Source: the human T2T-CHM13v2.0 reference genome, Homo sapiens
Assembly (NCBI RefSeq): GCF_009914755.1
Contig: NC_060936.1
Strand: one strand, 5' to 3'
Length of the DNA: 64,000 nucleotides
Under the pieces are notes generated by a model. It was not told the origin of the DNA, ran no database searches, and saw nothing but the letters and a program-made list of their open reading frames with translations. The translations under genes were made by a program, and so were the position numbers. Of this stretch, positions 1 through 21,481 are shown piece after piece (the first letter of the stretch is position 1; every line of letters starts with the position of its first letter).

Positions 1-133
1 ACTTTTGAAGGTTGCTAATGACCCAATTCATTATTTTGAAAAATAGTCAATAAAGAAAAAGGGTTAAGTATTGTTATGGTTTGAATGTTTGTGACCCCAG
101 AAATTCCTTAATCTTTTTTAAAATTAATTTGTT

Positions 134-189
134 TGCTAATCTTCTTTTTATCATTCCAATTTTAGTATATGTGCAGCCGAAGCGAGCAT
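134..189 (-). pseudogene. 3'-truncated U6 snRNA retrocopy
   Basis: Minus strand reads ATGCTCGCTTCGGCTGCACATATACTAAAATTGGAATGATAAAAAGAAGATTAGCA, matching the first ~56 nt of U6 with a few mismatches. It is followed by an A-rich tract, with imperfect flanking repeats CCAGAAATTCCTTA / CCAAAATTCTTA. Confidence 0.9.
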
Positions 190-373
190 CCAAAATTCTT
201 ATGTTGAAATCCTAACCCACAAGGTGATATTACTAAGAGGTGGGGCCTTTGAGGAGGTGATTAGTCATGAGGGCTTTGCCTTCATGAATGGGATTAGTGC
301 CCTTATAGAGACCCCAGAGAGCTAGCTAACTAGCCTCTTCCACCATGTGAGGACAGAGCAAGAAGATGCTGCT

Positions 374-659
<286 letters not shown>

Positions 660-2294
660 TTAAGAAAGTAGACCCCCTTGCCAGACACTGAATCTGCTAA
701 TGCCTTGATCTTGGATTTCCCAGTCTTCAGAACTGTGAGAAATAAACTTCTGCTGTTTGTAAACCACCTAGTTTATAGCATTTTGTTACAGCAGCCTGAA
801 CAGACTAAGTATTTATCCTGCTTTTCCTATGCAAACTATACCACTGGGTATCCAAATAATGGATAAAGAGAAATTTCTTCAGTTTTCCAAATAATAGATA
901 AAAAAGAAATAAATTCACAATATTGCCATTTTACAACACCTAATGAATCAACAGATCTCAGCAATGAGCATCAAAAGGCTGCTACCAGCACAAAAAGAGA
1001 CAACCAGACATTACATGCCTACTGACAGAAGACACCACCACCTATGAAGATCACACCTCTGGACCCAACTGCCAACTTGCAGGAAATACCAACAGAATAA
1101 CATGTTAGACTACAGTATGGAGGTGCAATCTGCTAAATCCAGACTATGAAAACTATACAGGAACAACCACCTATTTTCTCCAAAACAAAATTAGGAGAAA
1201 GAGAGCAACCTATAGATTAAAAGAAACTTATAAGGCATTATCATCAAGTCACCATATTGTGTGAACTTCATTTGAATTATAACTTAAATGATCAACCTAC
1301 ATACATATTTACATACATACACACAAAAATATGACAACTAGAAATTGGAAAACTGACTCAATACTTGATATTAAAGAATTATTGCTAATTTTTAAAGTAT
1401 GATATTTGTGTATCTTTTAGAGATACATAACAAAATATTTACAGATTAAATGATACATCTGAGATGTGCTTCAAAATAATACATACAGGAAGAAAATGGG
1501 TGGCCATGAATTGATGTCAGAAGAAACTATCCAAGAAGGCAACAAAAAGATGAAAAATTTCCATGTAAGAGGTATAGAGTAAGAAGATATTTAGCACAGA
1601 TTTAATCAGAATCTCAGAGGGAGACAGAAGATTCTGGCTTGGACTTCCAGAACAATACTAAATAGAAATGTTAATAGTGGGCAAACTTCTCTTAATCCTG
1701 ATTTCAAAGAGAAACTTCAAAAAACTTGCTGGAGTATTTTTTGTAGATACTATCAGGCTAACAAATCTTTTCTACTCCTAGCTTCACTAAGTTAAAAAAA
1801 AATCACATATGGTTATTAAATATTATTTTTAAAACGCTGCATCTATTGAGATTACTTTTCTTCTTTAATCTCTAATGTGTTGAAACACAGCTATATAAAA
1901 TCTTTATTTAATATAAACAATTGCCCTACTGTATTAGAGATCTGAAAAATTACAAAAGGAACACTGCAGTATCACAGATTAGTAACTAAAGGAAGCAGCT
2001 ACCACCCTATGGCAAGGGAAACAAAAGGAAAAGTTTGAAAGAAAGGGCCCTGCAGACCTGAGACTCAAATTTTGAGAAACGGTTGCTGCTTGGCTGCTAA
2101 AGGTACCTCAGGATCTCAGAAGAGGAGCTTGAAGGAGGGACCCCACACATCTGGGACTCTGACCTTTGAGAAGGAATGCTGGCTGGCCGGTACTGTACAT
2201 CTGAAGAGGCACAATGAGGGTGGTTCTGGGAGTGCAGAAAAAAAACTGCAAACTGGAACCAAGTGATGCTGTCAGAATGAGGAGTTGTTACTGA

Positions 2295-2641
<347 letters not shown>

Positions 2642-2779
2642 GGAAAATGTCTCTTCTAGCCCTACAATCTGCCTTTAGTAGTCCCTACAGGCCAGCCAGC
2701 TGACAAAGGAGAAATGTGATTTGCAGAGTTCTAGTCCCAGCAAACAACAGTGTAAAAACCAGCACAACACTCCTTTAAA

Positions 2780-4043
<1,264 letters not shown>

Positions 4044-4269
4044 CTACTTCTAATAGTAAGTCAGCAGATTAAATATTTAACTGTAAACATGAAGACTGAG
4101 TTACTATCTTGTCTACAGAATCGTACTTTTCCCTTACAAATGAATGAACCTATAGACATGGCTGGATTTGCTATTTTACTTGTATTCATTCAATGTCAGC
4201 ATTAACTCATCATTGAAAAACTTGGGATGAAGTGATGCCTGAGCTGAAAAGAGAGAACTTATACTTTTA

Positions 4270-4490
4270 AAATAATAAGTTACCATTTTCTGAGGGTTTA
4301 CATGTTTCTGAGTTTCTAATTCTTTGTTTTTCACTTTATCTCACAATACTTCTAGGTGAGTGTTACCCCTATTACACAGTCGAGAAAACTGAGGTTCAGA
4401 GAGGTAGTGATTCAAAGTCACAAAGTTCTCAGAGTAAGTGGCAAAACCAGGATTCAATCCAGGTCCTTCTGAATTCAAACCCCATGTACT
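4270..4490 (-). mobile_element. MIR SINE
   Basis: MIR core on the + strand: CCCTATTACACAG...GAGAAAACTGAGGTTCAGAGAGGT...CAAAGTCACA...GGATTCAATCCAGG. Confidence 0.7.
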
Positions 4491-4869
4491 TGGCTACATT
4501 TCAGTTTCCTTTTCAAATAAATCTAAGAATGGCTGGAGAATAGCCTGTAAGAGAAAGAACATTTCAGGATGACTGCCCATAGATAAATATGATCAGATTA
4601 TGAAGTCTTAAATGCCATGCTGAAGCAGCTGGTTGTTTTGTTTTTTCCTGACAACAATGAGGTGTAACTGAAGGCTAGGGGTTGCCATAAGCAGTGAGAG
4701 ACAGGATAAAGTTTTCAAGATCATTCTGGCTGCAGTACGGATTGAAAAAGGGTGAGACTGAGAGACCAACTAGGAGACGACTGCCTTTCTCAAGAGAAAG
4801 GATGAGGGCCTAAACCAGGAGTCACACATGAAGCATAAAGGAGTGAAGCAGGCAGGTTTTCTAAGACAG

Positions 4870-5190
4870 TTCCTTGCTGGCTGTCAGTTTTGGTAGAGGG
4901 GTCATCCTTAACAACTAGAGACCTCTCTCCAGTCTTTGCAGACATCCAGAACCAACAGGTCATTGAAACCTTCTCACGCTATTGCTTCTGATCACAGCTG
5001 GGAAAGGTTCTCTGCTTTTAAGGAGTCATGATTATATTGGGTCCACCTGGATAATCCAGGCTATTCTCCATCTCAAAACCCTTAACCTTGACCACATCTT
5101 AAGTTCTTTTTGCCATTTTACAATAGCATATTCACAGATCCCAGGGATTAGGATGTGGACATCTTTGGGATGATTATTCTGCCTATACAG
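4870..5190 (-). mobile_element. MLT1-type LTR fragment
   Basis: GATTATATTGGGTCCACCTGGATAATCCAGG...CAGGGATTAGGATGTGGACATCTTTGGG is typical of reverse-oriented MLT1 LTRs. Confidence 0.6.
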
Positions 5191-6261
5191 TTGGTACTCC
5201 CTCACACAACTGTAACTGAATTAACACGTGCAGCAACCCTAGCCTGAGAAGGGTATGATTACCAAAGGCTCAAGACTTGCCAGGAATTAAGGTAGGTTCA
5301 CACCACCAGGCAAACCAAGACCTACCATCGTAATAACTGAGGGAATTTAGAATGTATAGTAGAGTGGGGAGATGTGATTACCAGTTGCAGCCCCCAAGAC
5401 AAACTGTAGCTATGAGGGCTGTAATTTGTACCCCTAAGTTTCTCCTTTAAAAGGCCCCCAGGAATCATAAACATGCATGGGAGAAGTGGATCTGACAAAA
5501 GGCTGCAGCCATGGAGGTATGCCGCCCTGATTTCAAGAGAATGAGCTGCAGTTAACTGACAGCTTCCAGCATCCTAACCTTTGGATCTACCAAGGTATCA
5601 CACTTCCCTCAGGTTGCTGCCAGTGACTGAGCACAAGGGTATTAGGCCATTTCTTCTAACAGACCTTTGTTTAGAGACTCATTACCAGGGCCAAAACTTT
5701 CTCAGTAACATGGTGCAGCCTGAGGCCCCTCCTACCCCCTCTTCCTGTTTTCTCTGCACCTAATGAGAGCCAGAACCTTGGAGAATGGTAGCCAAACATA
5801 GCCTTCCCAAAACTCACCACAGCTGAGTCTGCAAGCATGCGTGGCTATCAGAATTTCTGAGGCACTAAGAGTAGATTCCCTGGCCCTCATTCCCCAGAAA
5901 GTGCTGACGGGCCTATTAATTTACTTTTTAGCAATCATGCTGGGTGATATATATGCTAGTGGTCTGTAAATTACATTTTTTTAAACAACAGGAAGAGGAT
6001 ATCTAAGCAGTCATGTTTAAGCTCATAGCTGTGTAAGAAGTAACGTTTGTCTTAGCTAGGCATGATGGTACGTAAGTCCCAGATTTAAGAGGCTGAAGCA
6101 GGGGAATGGCTTGAGCCCAGTTTGAGACTGCAGTGAACTATAATCATGACACTGCTCTCCAGCCTGGGTGACATAGTCAGATCACATCTCAAATATAAAC
6201 ACACACATAAATAAAAAGTAATGTTTGTCTTTGTGGATAAAGTATAAAATGCACTAGACTA

Positions 6262-6566
<305 letters not shown>

Positions 6567-6996
6567 CTAGACTAGAGAATCAAAAAAGCAGTGGGAACTA
6601 CAAACTTAAAAAGAGTATCACTGGAAGACCCAGTAAAGGCAATCTCCCCAGTGGTTCATCTGATGGGCCTTTTATGAGTTACTTTCAACCATTCTCTGAA
6701 TGTAAATGCTTAAAGTTAAGATGATGGTATAACTGTAAGCCATTCTGTGCCCATTTCAGTTCTTATAGAAAGTAATCTTTTGCCCTCCTTGTCATAATGC
6801 AGTATAGAAATAGACAATTTCTAGCATAGGTACCTCAACCCTAACTGAACTTCTATTTTAATCCTGCTCTAAGATTCAGTGTCAAAACGATCTTGACAAT
6901 ACCTATCTATGTCTATCTTAGTGATCCAGCATCAGGCCCAATTTCTCTATGTTTTAAGTATATTCCTACCACTAGAGAATTCTGAGATGGTATTAG

Positions 6997-7170
<174 letters not shown>

Positions 7171-7233
7171 TAATCGTGAGAAATGGGAGTGGGTGTAGGA
7201 GACACAGAGTGGAGGGTAAAAAGAAGAAAGATA

Positions 7234-8066
7234 TTTGGAACTGATGGGCTTTAATAAGTCCTGCCCCTTTTCATTTACTTCTTCCTTCAAAGCAAAACCA
7301 AAATGAGCTACTGAAGATTTATTTACTTCTTGGGATGGAAGTATCATCTGTCCCAACTTCCCTTTCCCATCAGAGACAGGTCCCCAAAACCGCGAAAAAG
7401 AAACTATATTCTCAAACAAAACATGCATTCAATTCAGGTGACTGTTTGATATTTTCATAACATTTTCTTTAACATTTAATAGAAACTATATACAATAAAT
7501 TTTTACTATATTTTACATAAGATAGCAACCACAGAAATTTACATAGGTTAAAAGCAAGACGGATAAGGAGGACCCAGTCCTGTGGGCTGTTTTCTCAGAG
7601 GATAAAAAGCCAGAGTTCACCAGGGAAAGGGGTTAAAGACTGCCCAATTAAGTAGAGGTGAAGAAAAGCTAAACTGCAGGTCTTCAGATAGAGATAACCG
7701 ATATTAGGGCCATCAGTATCTCAAAGACACCACTCACAAAGACAGCTCCCACCTAGCTACTTAAGTGGATTTCTATCCATGACTTGGGAAATCCCATTAC
7801 AAAGATGTCACTTTCCTTTTAGGTATAGTCCCAAATAATCCCAGAAGCTTTGATAGGGATTATCTCTCTTTCTCTTCCTTGCCCTGAGTGGGAAGAAACC
7901 CACGGTCCACGTCCTCAAAATTTGGCTTTACGTTTGACTATAATACTCAATCCAGAAGAAAAACAAGGTAGTCTGGGTTGCCTGTGTTTTGTGAGAGATG
8001 ATCAGAAATACTTCTTTGAAGAACGAGAAATTTAAATCCACCAAAGTAAAATGGTTCCCCAAACTA
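7234..8066 (-). other. KANSL2: KANSL2 3'UTR (distal end approximate)
   Basis: Follows the TGA at 8067-8069. Candidate minus-strand ATTAAA signals lie at 7475-7480 and 7250-7255. Confidence 0.7.
7250..7255 (-). terminator. Candidate distal poly(A) signal ATTAAA of KANSL2
   Basis: TTTAAT on + is ATTAAA on -, followed downstream by U-rich TCTTTCTTCTTTTT. A second ATTAAA lies at 7475-7480. Confidence 0.6.
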
Positions 8067-8198
8067 TCAACTAATAGAAGTGGGTTCTGGCTTCCCATTT
8101 GCAGTAGCCAATCCACTCTGAGACAATGGTGCAGAGGCTTTCTCAGAATTTCGAGATCCCTGGGATCTGCACCCATCTCCAGCCATCTGCATCTGGCC
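8067..8198 (-). CDS. KANSL2: KANSL2 exon 10 coding part ([10 protein letters not shown]...KPEPTSIS*)
   Basis: Acceptor ttttaacag|GGC, phase 0, 43 codons plus TGA. It completes a 492-aa spliced ORF. Confidence 0.93.
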   Translation of the reverse strand, partial: GQMQMAGDGCRSQGSRNSEKASAPLSQSGLATANGKPEPTSIS

Positions 8199-8404
8199 CT
8201 GTTAAAAGAAATAAAGGCACTTCAGTTAGTAATTCATTCACTGTGGTCTGAAGTATGAATCTGACTTATCAGTGGCCACTTAAACTAGCAATAAGAACAA
8301 TACAACAGAAATTAATTCTGGACAGATGCTCTTCCCATATTAGCTATCCTAGTCCCTTGGAAGAGCCTATTCCTGAGCCTCTTCCAATGGGATGGTGAGC
8401 TGTA

Positions 8405-8541
8405 GGTTGTTTCTTCCAAATGAAATAGCCATTCCCTACTGAGGTCCCAGAACAGCCAACAGACCACAGGAAGACAGTCCTTTAGGCCTCTGCTTGAAAC
8501 CAACAGCCACAGTACAACTGCTGGTCTTCAGTCAGGGCCAC
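8405..8541 (-). ncRNA. SNORA2C: H/ACA box snoRNA SNORA2C (SNORA34/ACA34) in KANSL2 intron 9
   Basis: 137 nt starting GTGGCCCTGACTGAAGACC, with H box AAAGGA after hairpin 1 and ACA three nt from the 3' end. Clear paralogy to the copies at 10671 and 21482. Confidence 0.92.
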
Positions 8542-8553
8542 TGGAATTCTACC
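8467..8553 (-). ncRNA. MIR1291: MIR1291 hairpin overlapping the SNORA2C 5' half; mature miR-1291 at 8517-8540
   Basis: The minus strand of 8517-8540 is TGGCCCTGACTGAAGACCAGCAGT, which I recognise as miR-1291. Confidence 0.85.
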
Positions 8554-8963
8554 CAAGGCTCACGGACAGAACTCAAATCACATTACTTTACTGGTCCTTC
8601 TACAATGAGAACAATTTCAGTGATGAACTCTCCCTCAGAAGGTATGATTTCCCTAGATTCCTTGTCTCAAGCTTTTATTTAAATAAATGTATGTCCTACT
8701 CTGGGATATGAGGATCACGGGCCATTAGGTGTTCTAAGAGCCCATCTGGAGAACTACAGCAACAAGGGTACACAGGAGCAGAGTAGGGCATTTTTAAAAG
8801 TGCTTTGCTTATATGGTATTCAATAAGTGAGAGACATGTGGAGCATCTTTATACTAGTGATGACACCCCACTCCCCTCCAGGAGCACATGCTATCTAGCA
8901 GGGAACCCTCTGCCTGGCCAGGTCACTACATGAGGGAAACAGGTGGGACTGTTCTTCACTTGC

Positions 8964-9083
8964 CAAAATATCCACTGGGTCTTCAGCAATTTCTTTGACT
9001 AAATGATCTTCAAGGGTTAGTGAAGGATCAAAAAGCAAAGGTGAAGGAGGACACTGCATACCATCACCCACAACATCCAAGTC
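8964..9083 (-). CDS. KANSL2: KANSL2 exon 9 (DLDVVGDG...EDPVDIL)
   Basis: Acceptor tttctag|GAC, 120 nt, phase 0/0. The donor is non-canonical, TTG|GCAAGT. Confidence 0.88.
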
Positions 9084-9191
9084 CTAGAAAAAAGAGAAAA
9101 GCCCATCAGCAATACCAAGGGAAACAGTAATAAAGTTGGCATGTTTTTCAGCAAACTTTAAAGCAATACTCTGCTGTCTCCCTCAACCCTA

Positions 9192-10000
<809 letters not shown>

Positions 10001-10132
10001 ATATTTTTTAAAAAAGCATATTCTCTGAGGCTACCTGTAATGAACATGTAAGTTCACCAGTGATTAATTTAAATATGAACAATGCTACGTTAAAATTAAA
10101 TATTGCTGGGTAATACAAGATTGCCTGATTAA

Positions 10133-10619
<487 letters not shown>

Positions 10620-10670
10620 TAGTTTTGCTCTGTAAAAAAAAAAAAAAAAAAAATGACATTACATTCTAGA

Positions 10671-10805
10671 CTATGTTTCTTCCAACTGAATTGGCAATTC
10701 GCACTGGAATACTGAATAGCCAACAGACCACAAGGAAGACATCACTCTTAGCTCCTGTTTGAAACCAACAGCTACAGCAAACCATTGGTCTTGATTCAGG
10801 GCCTA
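10671..10805 (-). ncRNA. SNORA2A: H/ACA box snoRNA SNORA2A in KANSL2 intron 8
   Basis: 135 nt, TAGGCCCTGAATCAAGACC...GGAAGAAACATAG, with H box AGAGTGA/AAGAGT region after hairpin 1 and ACA+3 at the end. Shares GCTGTTGGTTTCAA and TGGTCTGTTGGC with its paralogs. Confidence 0.92.
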
Positions 10806-11123
10806 AGGCAATACAAACTCAAACAATATATCAAACTAACTTTCATGCCACTGCTTTTCAAGAGTCTGGTGCTAAATTCTCCTTCTTCCTAAGAATTAAA
10901 AATATCCAGGAGGTTTGTACCCCCCTATGTTTAATCCAGTTTATAGATGCTCCGTGTTTCTATTCATCTAGCTTCACGAGAAGCTTAGTTCTACGCTTTT
11001 AAATAAATCTAAGAATTTGCAATCCTTTCCCATTTGTTGGTGTGCTAATCACCAAAAATGAGAATCACAACATCTTCACATTAAAGAATATATATAATTT
11101 TAAAATCTACTTAAAGCTGCTCA

Positions 11124-13722
<2,599 letters not shown>

Positions 13723-13729
13723 AGTTCTT

Positions 13730-14180
13730 AACAGTATATTCCTTAATAGCCAGAAAGTAGAAACAGCACAAATATCCATCAACTGATATATTTTTAAAGC
13801 GTGGTATTTCCAAACAATGGAATATTAATTCAGTCACAAAAAGGAATGAAGTATTGATACATATTATAGTATGGATAAACCTTGAAAACATTATGCTAAG
13901 TGAAACAAGCAAGACACAAAAGGATACATATACTATTACATTGATATGAAATGTCCAGAATAAGCAAAATCAGAGACAAAAAGTAGATTCATCGTGGCCA
14001 GGGGCTGAGGGGAGAAGAAAATGAAGAGTGTCATAATAGGTACTGAGTTTCTTTTGGAGATGGTGAAAACCTTCTGAAATTAGATAGTGGTGGTAGTTGC
14101 GTAACTTTGCGAATATACTAAAAATCACTCAATTATACACTTTCAAAGAGTGCAATTTATAGTATGTAAATTGTATCCCT
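13730..14180 (+). mobile_element. L1M 3'-end fragment
   Basis: AAAAGGAATGAAGTATTGATACAT...ATGGATAAACCTTGAAAACATTATGCTAAGTGAAA...AAATGTCCAGAATA are typical of L1MB/MC 3' ends. Confidence 0.8.
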
Positions 14181-14388
14181 AAAAAGGTATGGGAAGAGTC
14201 TGGAAAAAAATATAAGGTAGGGTAGATTTCTCTAAATGAATATGCTAACATATAAATACAACTATACGTATATATCACTTCAAAAACTTTGTCGATTCTC
14301 CTAACCACAAAGACTAACCTATTCTCACCATTAATAAATAAGGCTTTGTCTCAAGGGCCTGAACCAAAGCAGAGCTTCTCTAACTTAC

Positions 14389-14642
14389 ATCACTGAACTC
14401 CAGAGGTAAACTCTCAGTGGGCTGAAGCTCAGCAGCACTCAAGTACAGATCCATGGGGCCGGCTTCCAGATCGTCTGGCACAGACAGTACCTGCTCGGGC
14501 TTATACATCTGAGGAGGCAACTGGAAATGCAGTGGGCAGCAGGGATCCTCAGAGAGGCTTACAGGAACAGGTTTGTTGCAGGGTACCTCTTCAGATCCCT
14601 GGCAGCACTTGAAGAGAACCTGATTCGTATCCTGACAAATAT
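14389..14642 (-). CDS. KANSL2: KANSL2 exon 8 ([14 protein letters not shown]...LPLEFSD)
   Basis: Acceptor ctacag|AT, donor GAT|GTAAGT, 254 nt, phase 1 to 0. Matches ORF-track 14380..14778. Confidence 0.95.
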
Positions 14643-15755
14643 CTGTAGAAAAATGGTCAAGGGAAATAAAACACAATCTATCGAAAGCATAAAATACAAA
14701 TAGCATTGTCTGCCACATAAAACTCAAGGTGTGGACTATATAAGATAAATTACAACTACATTTGATACAGAATACCAAATGCAGTTAGCAATTTTTAAAG
14801 TTACTTCTCAAAATAAATGTCATTTACTAGCATCAAATTCTAGCTCTACCAGTAATTTAAAACTTGTCCCCAACCTCCTTTTCAGGATCCTGGTCATTTA
14901 AACTAGACACCATCCCATTCTCCCTTAAGCAAGTAGCAGTAACACTCCTAGGAACACACACATATTCAGAAGAAACATGTAGTGGCAAATGCAAATAGCC
15001 TTGAAAATGCCCCTAAACAGCCCTTCCAAAAGAGTCAAGCGATACAATGTCTCTGCTCCCTTAGCAGACTGGCAAAGTTTGCAACAATTTCTTGGACCTC
15101 GTTTCCAAAGATGATTACATGATAAATTCATTTAAAGCACCACTGGAATAGGGGGAAACAGAGCTCTAGTAAAAGTCACTAGGTATCATATCCTAACAAG
15201 AAATTAAATATACATGCCTTTTTTTTTTAGGGGAGTGTGCTAGTACAGAGGAATCCTTTTATGATCCTAAAGGAAGAAGAAAATTTTGTGTATGAAGGCC
15301 CATTGAAAAAAAAAAGTATTCTAGAAACATTCCAAGGACTCTATTAACAACTTTTGTTAAAGGTAGAAGAAGAAAAGGGCTATATTTCCAAGTTAGCAAA
15401 GAAGCTCTGTAGGATGAACCAAAATTGAGATGATTAGATACAATAAAATTCAAGTTACTTTACAAAACACATTTTATGCAAGTGCTACCATTTCTTGAAA
15501 TCTGTTAACTACCTGGTTATCTTCCTAGATTAATAAACATTATTTTAAAATTTGACTTATTTTTAACCAGAAAACACAATTTTTCTTAAACTGATAGTAC
15601 CTGAATTATGGAGTTATAATTTTCAACTCAAAACTTTTATGGTAATTTTTTTAAATAAAAAAACTAACATACATTATAATTTTTAAAACCATATGAACTT
15701 CCTTGAATAAAGCTATTTCTTTCAATGCATACTTGGAAATAACTAAACTCTCAAG

Positions 15756-15947
15756 CAGGGTGTGACAACTGTGGCACTACCAACACTGTAGGCCAGGTAC
15801 ATCTTTGTTGGAAGAAGGATGTATAGCAGCATTCCTGGCCTCTATCCACTAGCTGTCAGTAGCACCTCCATCTGAGTTGTAACAACCAAAAATTTCTCCA
15901 CACATTGCCAACTGGAAAACAAAATGGCCCCCAGTTGAAAACCACTA
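15756..15947 (+). mobile_element. MER20-like hAT-Charlie DNA transposon relic
   Basis: GCAGCATTCCTGGCCTCTATCCACTAG...ACAACCAAAAATTTCTCCACACATTGCCAA...CCCAGTTGAAAACCACT. Confidence 0.75.
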
Positions 15948-16122
15948 CTCTAAAGAAACAGAAGATAGTACAAGGCAAACAAATATTTATTGAATGATCA
16001 AATGAATAAACATATGAATCTAATGGGAATCATCAGATTTGCACTATGCGCTTAAGAAAATCTAAGCAATATCTAATGTGCTTAAGAAGCCCACTCTTAA
16101 TATTTAAAATATTATCCATTAA

Positions 16123-16347
<225 letters not shown>

Positions 16348-17486
16348 TAACTCCTGACCTCAGGTGATCAGCCCGCCTCAGCCTCCCAAAGTGTTGGGAT
16401 TACAGGCGTGAGCCACCACGCCTGGCCAAGAACTTTTTTTTATTGGAATTCAAAGGACTTTCACAAGTCTCTTATGTATTTAATACCACAATATCCTAAA
16501 AAAGGACTCCCCCCATCATCCTCCACCCGCTTTCCTTTCAGATGGGGCAAAAGAGGTAAAAAGAAGGGAATGGTTAACCTACAACTAGAGTCTGGGTCCT
16601 TCACTTTCAGTCGAGTGCTGTCTCCATTAGACCACAGTAAAGAGTTAACAGGTCACCAATGGCAGTCGCATCTTTCTCTGGGATAAGGACTTAAGGAAGG
16701 GTAAGTGACTTAGGCAACTATGGAGTGGAAAGGAAAGAGCATAAAAGGAAAAAAAATACTTCCCTTCTCTTTTCAAATACATTTTCAATTTTGCTTTATA
16801 TTTATATTTTAATAAGCTATTTGACTACAGTATTATAATATCTAAAATAGTCCTTAGTATCTGTAAACTGAGTTTTTTCCCTTATAAAAGTAATTCATGC
16901 TCGCCTTAAAAAAACAAAAAATAAAAGAACAGTGAAAAAAGGGCATTCACAACCACACCATGCACAAATTATCACATTTCTGTATTGTTCCCTTCCAGTA
17001 TTTGGTTTCATGCAATTTCAGACACCGTACAGAATTCCATATCCTGGAATGTCACTATCATTTTGCTGTCATTCATAAATTCTGTTAAATATATTTAATG
17101 CCTGAAAATATTCCACACTATGTTGTGTCATTAATTTATCTACCTATTCTCCAGCTCTAAAAATGTTAAGGCTGTCTCAAGTTGGAAGAATATTTCATGT
17201 AAAAATATTGGTCTGCATTTGATTATCTCCTTAAAATAAATTCCCAGAGGTAAAAATTACCATATGAGGAAATATGAATTACTGTCAGATTGCTTTCCAA
17301 AAAGCTTTTATCTATTTATATTCCCACTGGCAATATTTAGAAGGGTCAATTTCACCATACTCTCACCTACTTTTGAAATTCACTGACTCATTTTTGAAAA
17401 ATTGTATATTTTAAATTTTATTTTAAAACAAATATATGTACAAATATCAATTTTATAGATTTTTAATTTTCCTTATTTCCTATTTA

Positions 17487-17899
17487 CAGTTGACCTTTAA
17501 CAACACAAGCTTGAACTGCACGGGTCTACTTACACGTGCATTTTCTTCTGCCTCTGTCATCCCACAGACAATAACACTTCCCCCTCCACTTAACAAAAAG
17601 ACCATGAGAATAAGGACCTCTATGATAATCCACTTCCATTTAATAAACAGTAAATATATTTTCTCTTATGATTTTCTTAGTAACACTTTTTCCTAGTTTA
17701 TTTTAAGAACACAATATATAAGACATATAAACATATAAAATATGTGTTAGGAAGCTATGTTGTTGATAAGGCTTCTGATCAACAGTAAGCCATAAGGCTA
17801 TTAGCAGTTAAATTTTGGGAGAATCAAAAATTATATACAAATTTTCAACTGTGTAGGGGGTCAGCACCCTAACCCCATGAATTGTTCAAAGGCCAACTG
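17487..17899 (+). mobile_element. Tigger2a-like (TcMar-Tigger) non-autonomous DNA transposon
   Basis: TA|CAGTTGACCTTTAACAAC ... TTGTTCAAAGGCCAACTG|TA, i.e. terminal inverted repeats with TA target duplication; 413 bp. Confidence 0.85.
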
Positions 17900-17911
17900 T
17901 ATTTATAGTGA

Positions 17912-21240
<3,329 letters not shown>

Positions 21241-21481
21241 GTGAGGGCCCTAACCACACAAAAGGATAATACTAGAAGTTCACAGTGCAAAATCATCCTT
21301 TCAACTGGGGTGGAAAACCCACAGTAATTTTTTAAGTTTATAATTAGATTTAACAGCATTAGGATCCTAATAAGCAAGTTAAATCAGAAACCTTGAGACA
21401 ATTACAAATATTTTATGTATATTTTGGGACCCAAGTATTAAGGCTATAAATAAATATTAGCCCACATCTATGAAAAACGAC

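Noticed and set aside
5200-5900. Possible ERVL internal fragment plus LTR16-like sequence
   Set aside because: The resemblance is too weak to set family or boundaries by eye.
16697-16706. Strong plus-strand donor GG|GTAAGT suggesting an antisense exon
   Set aside because: I found no supporting acceptor or promoter, and it overlaps the pyrimidine-rich minus-strand acceptor region that explains it.
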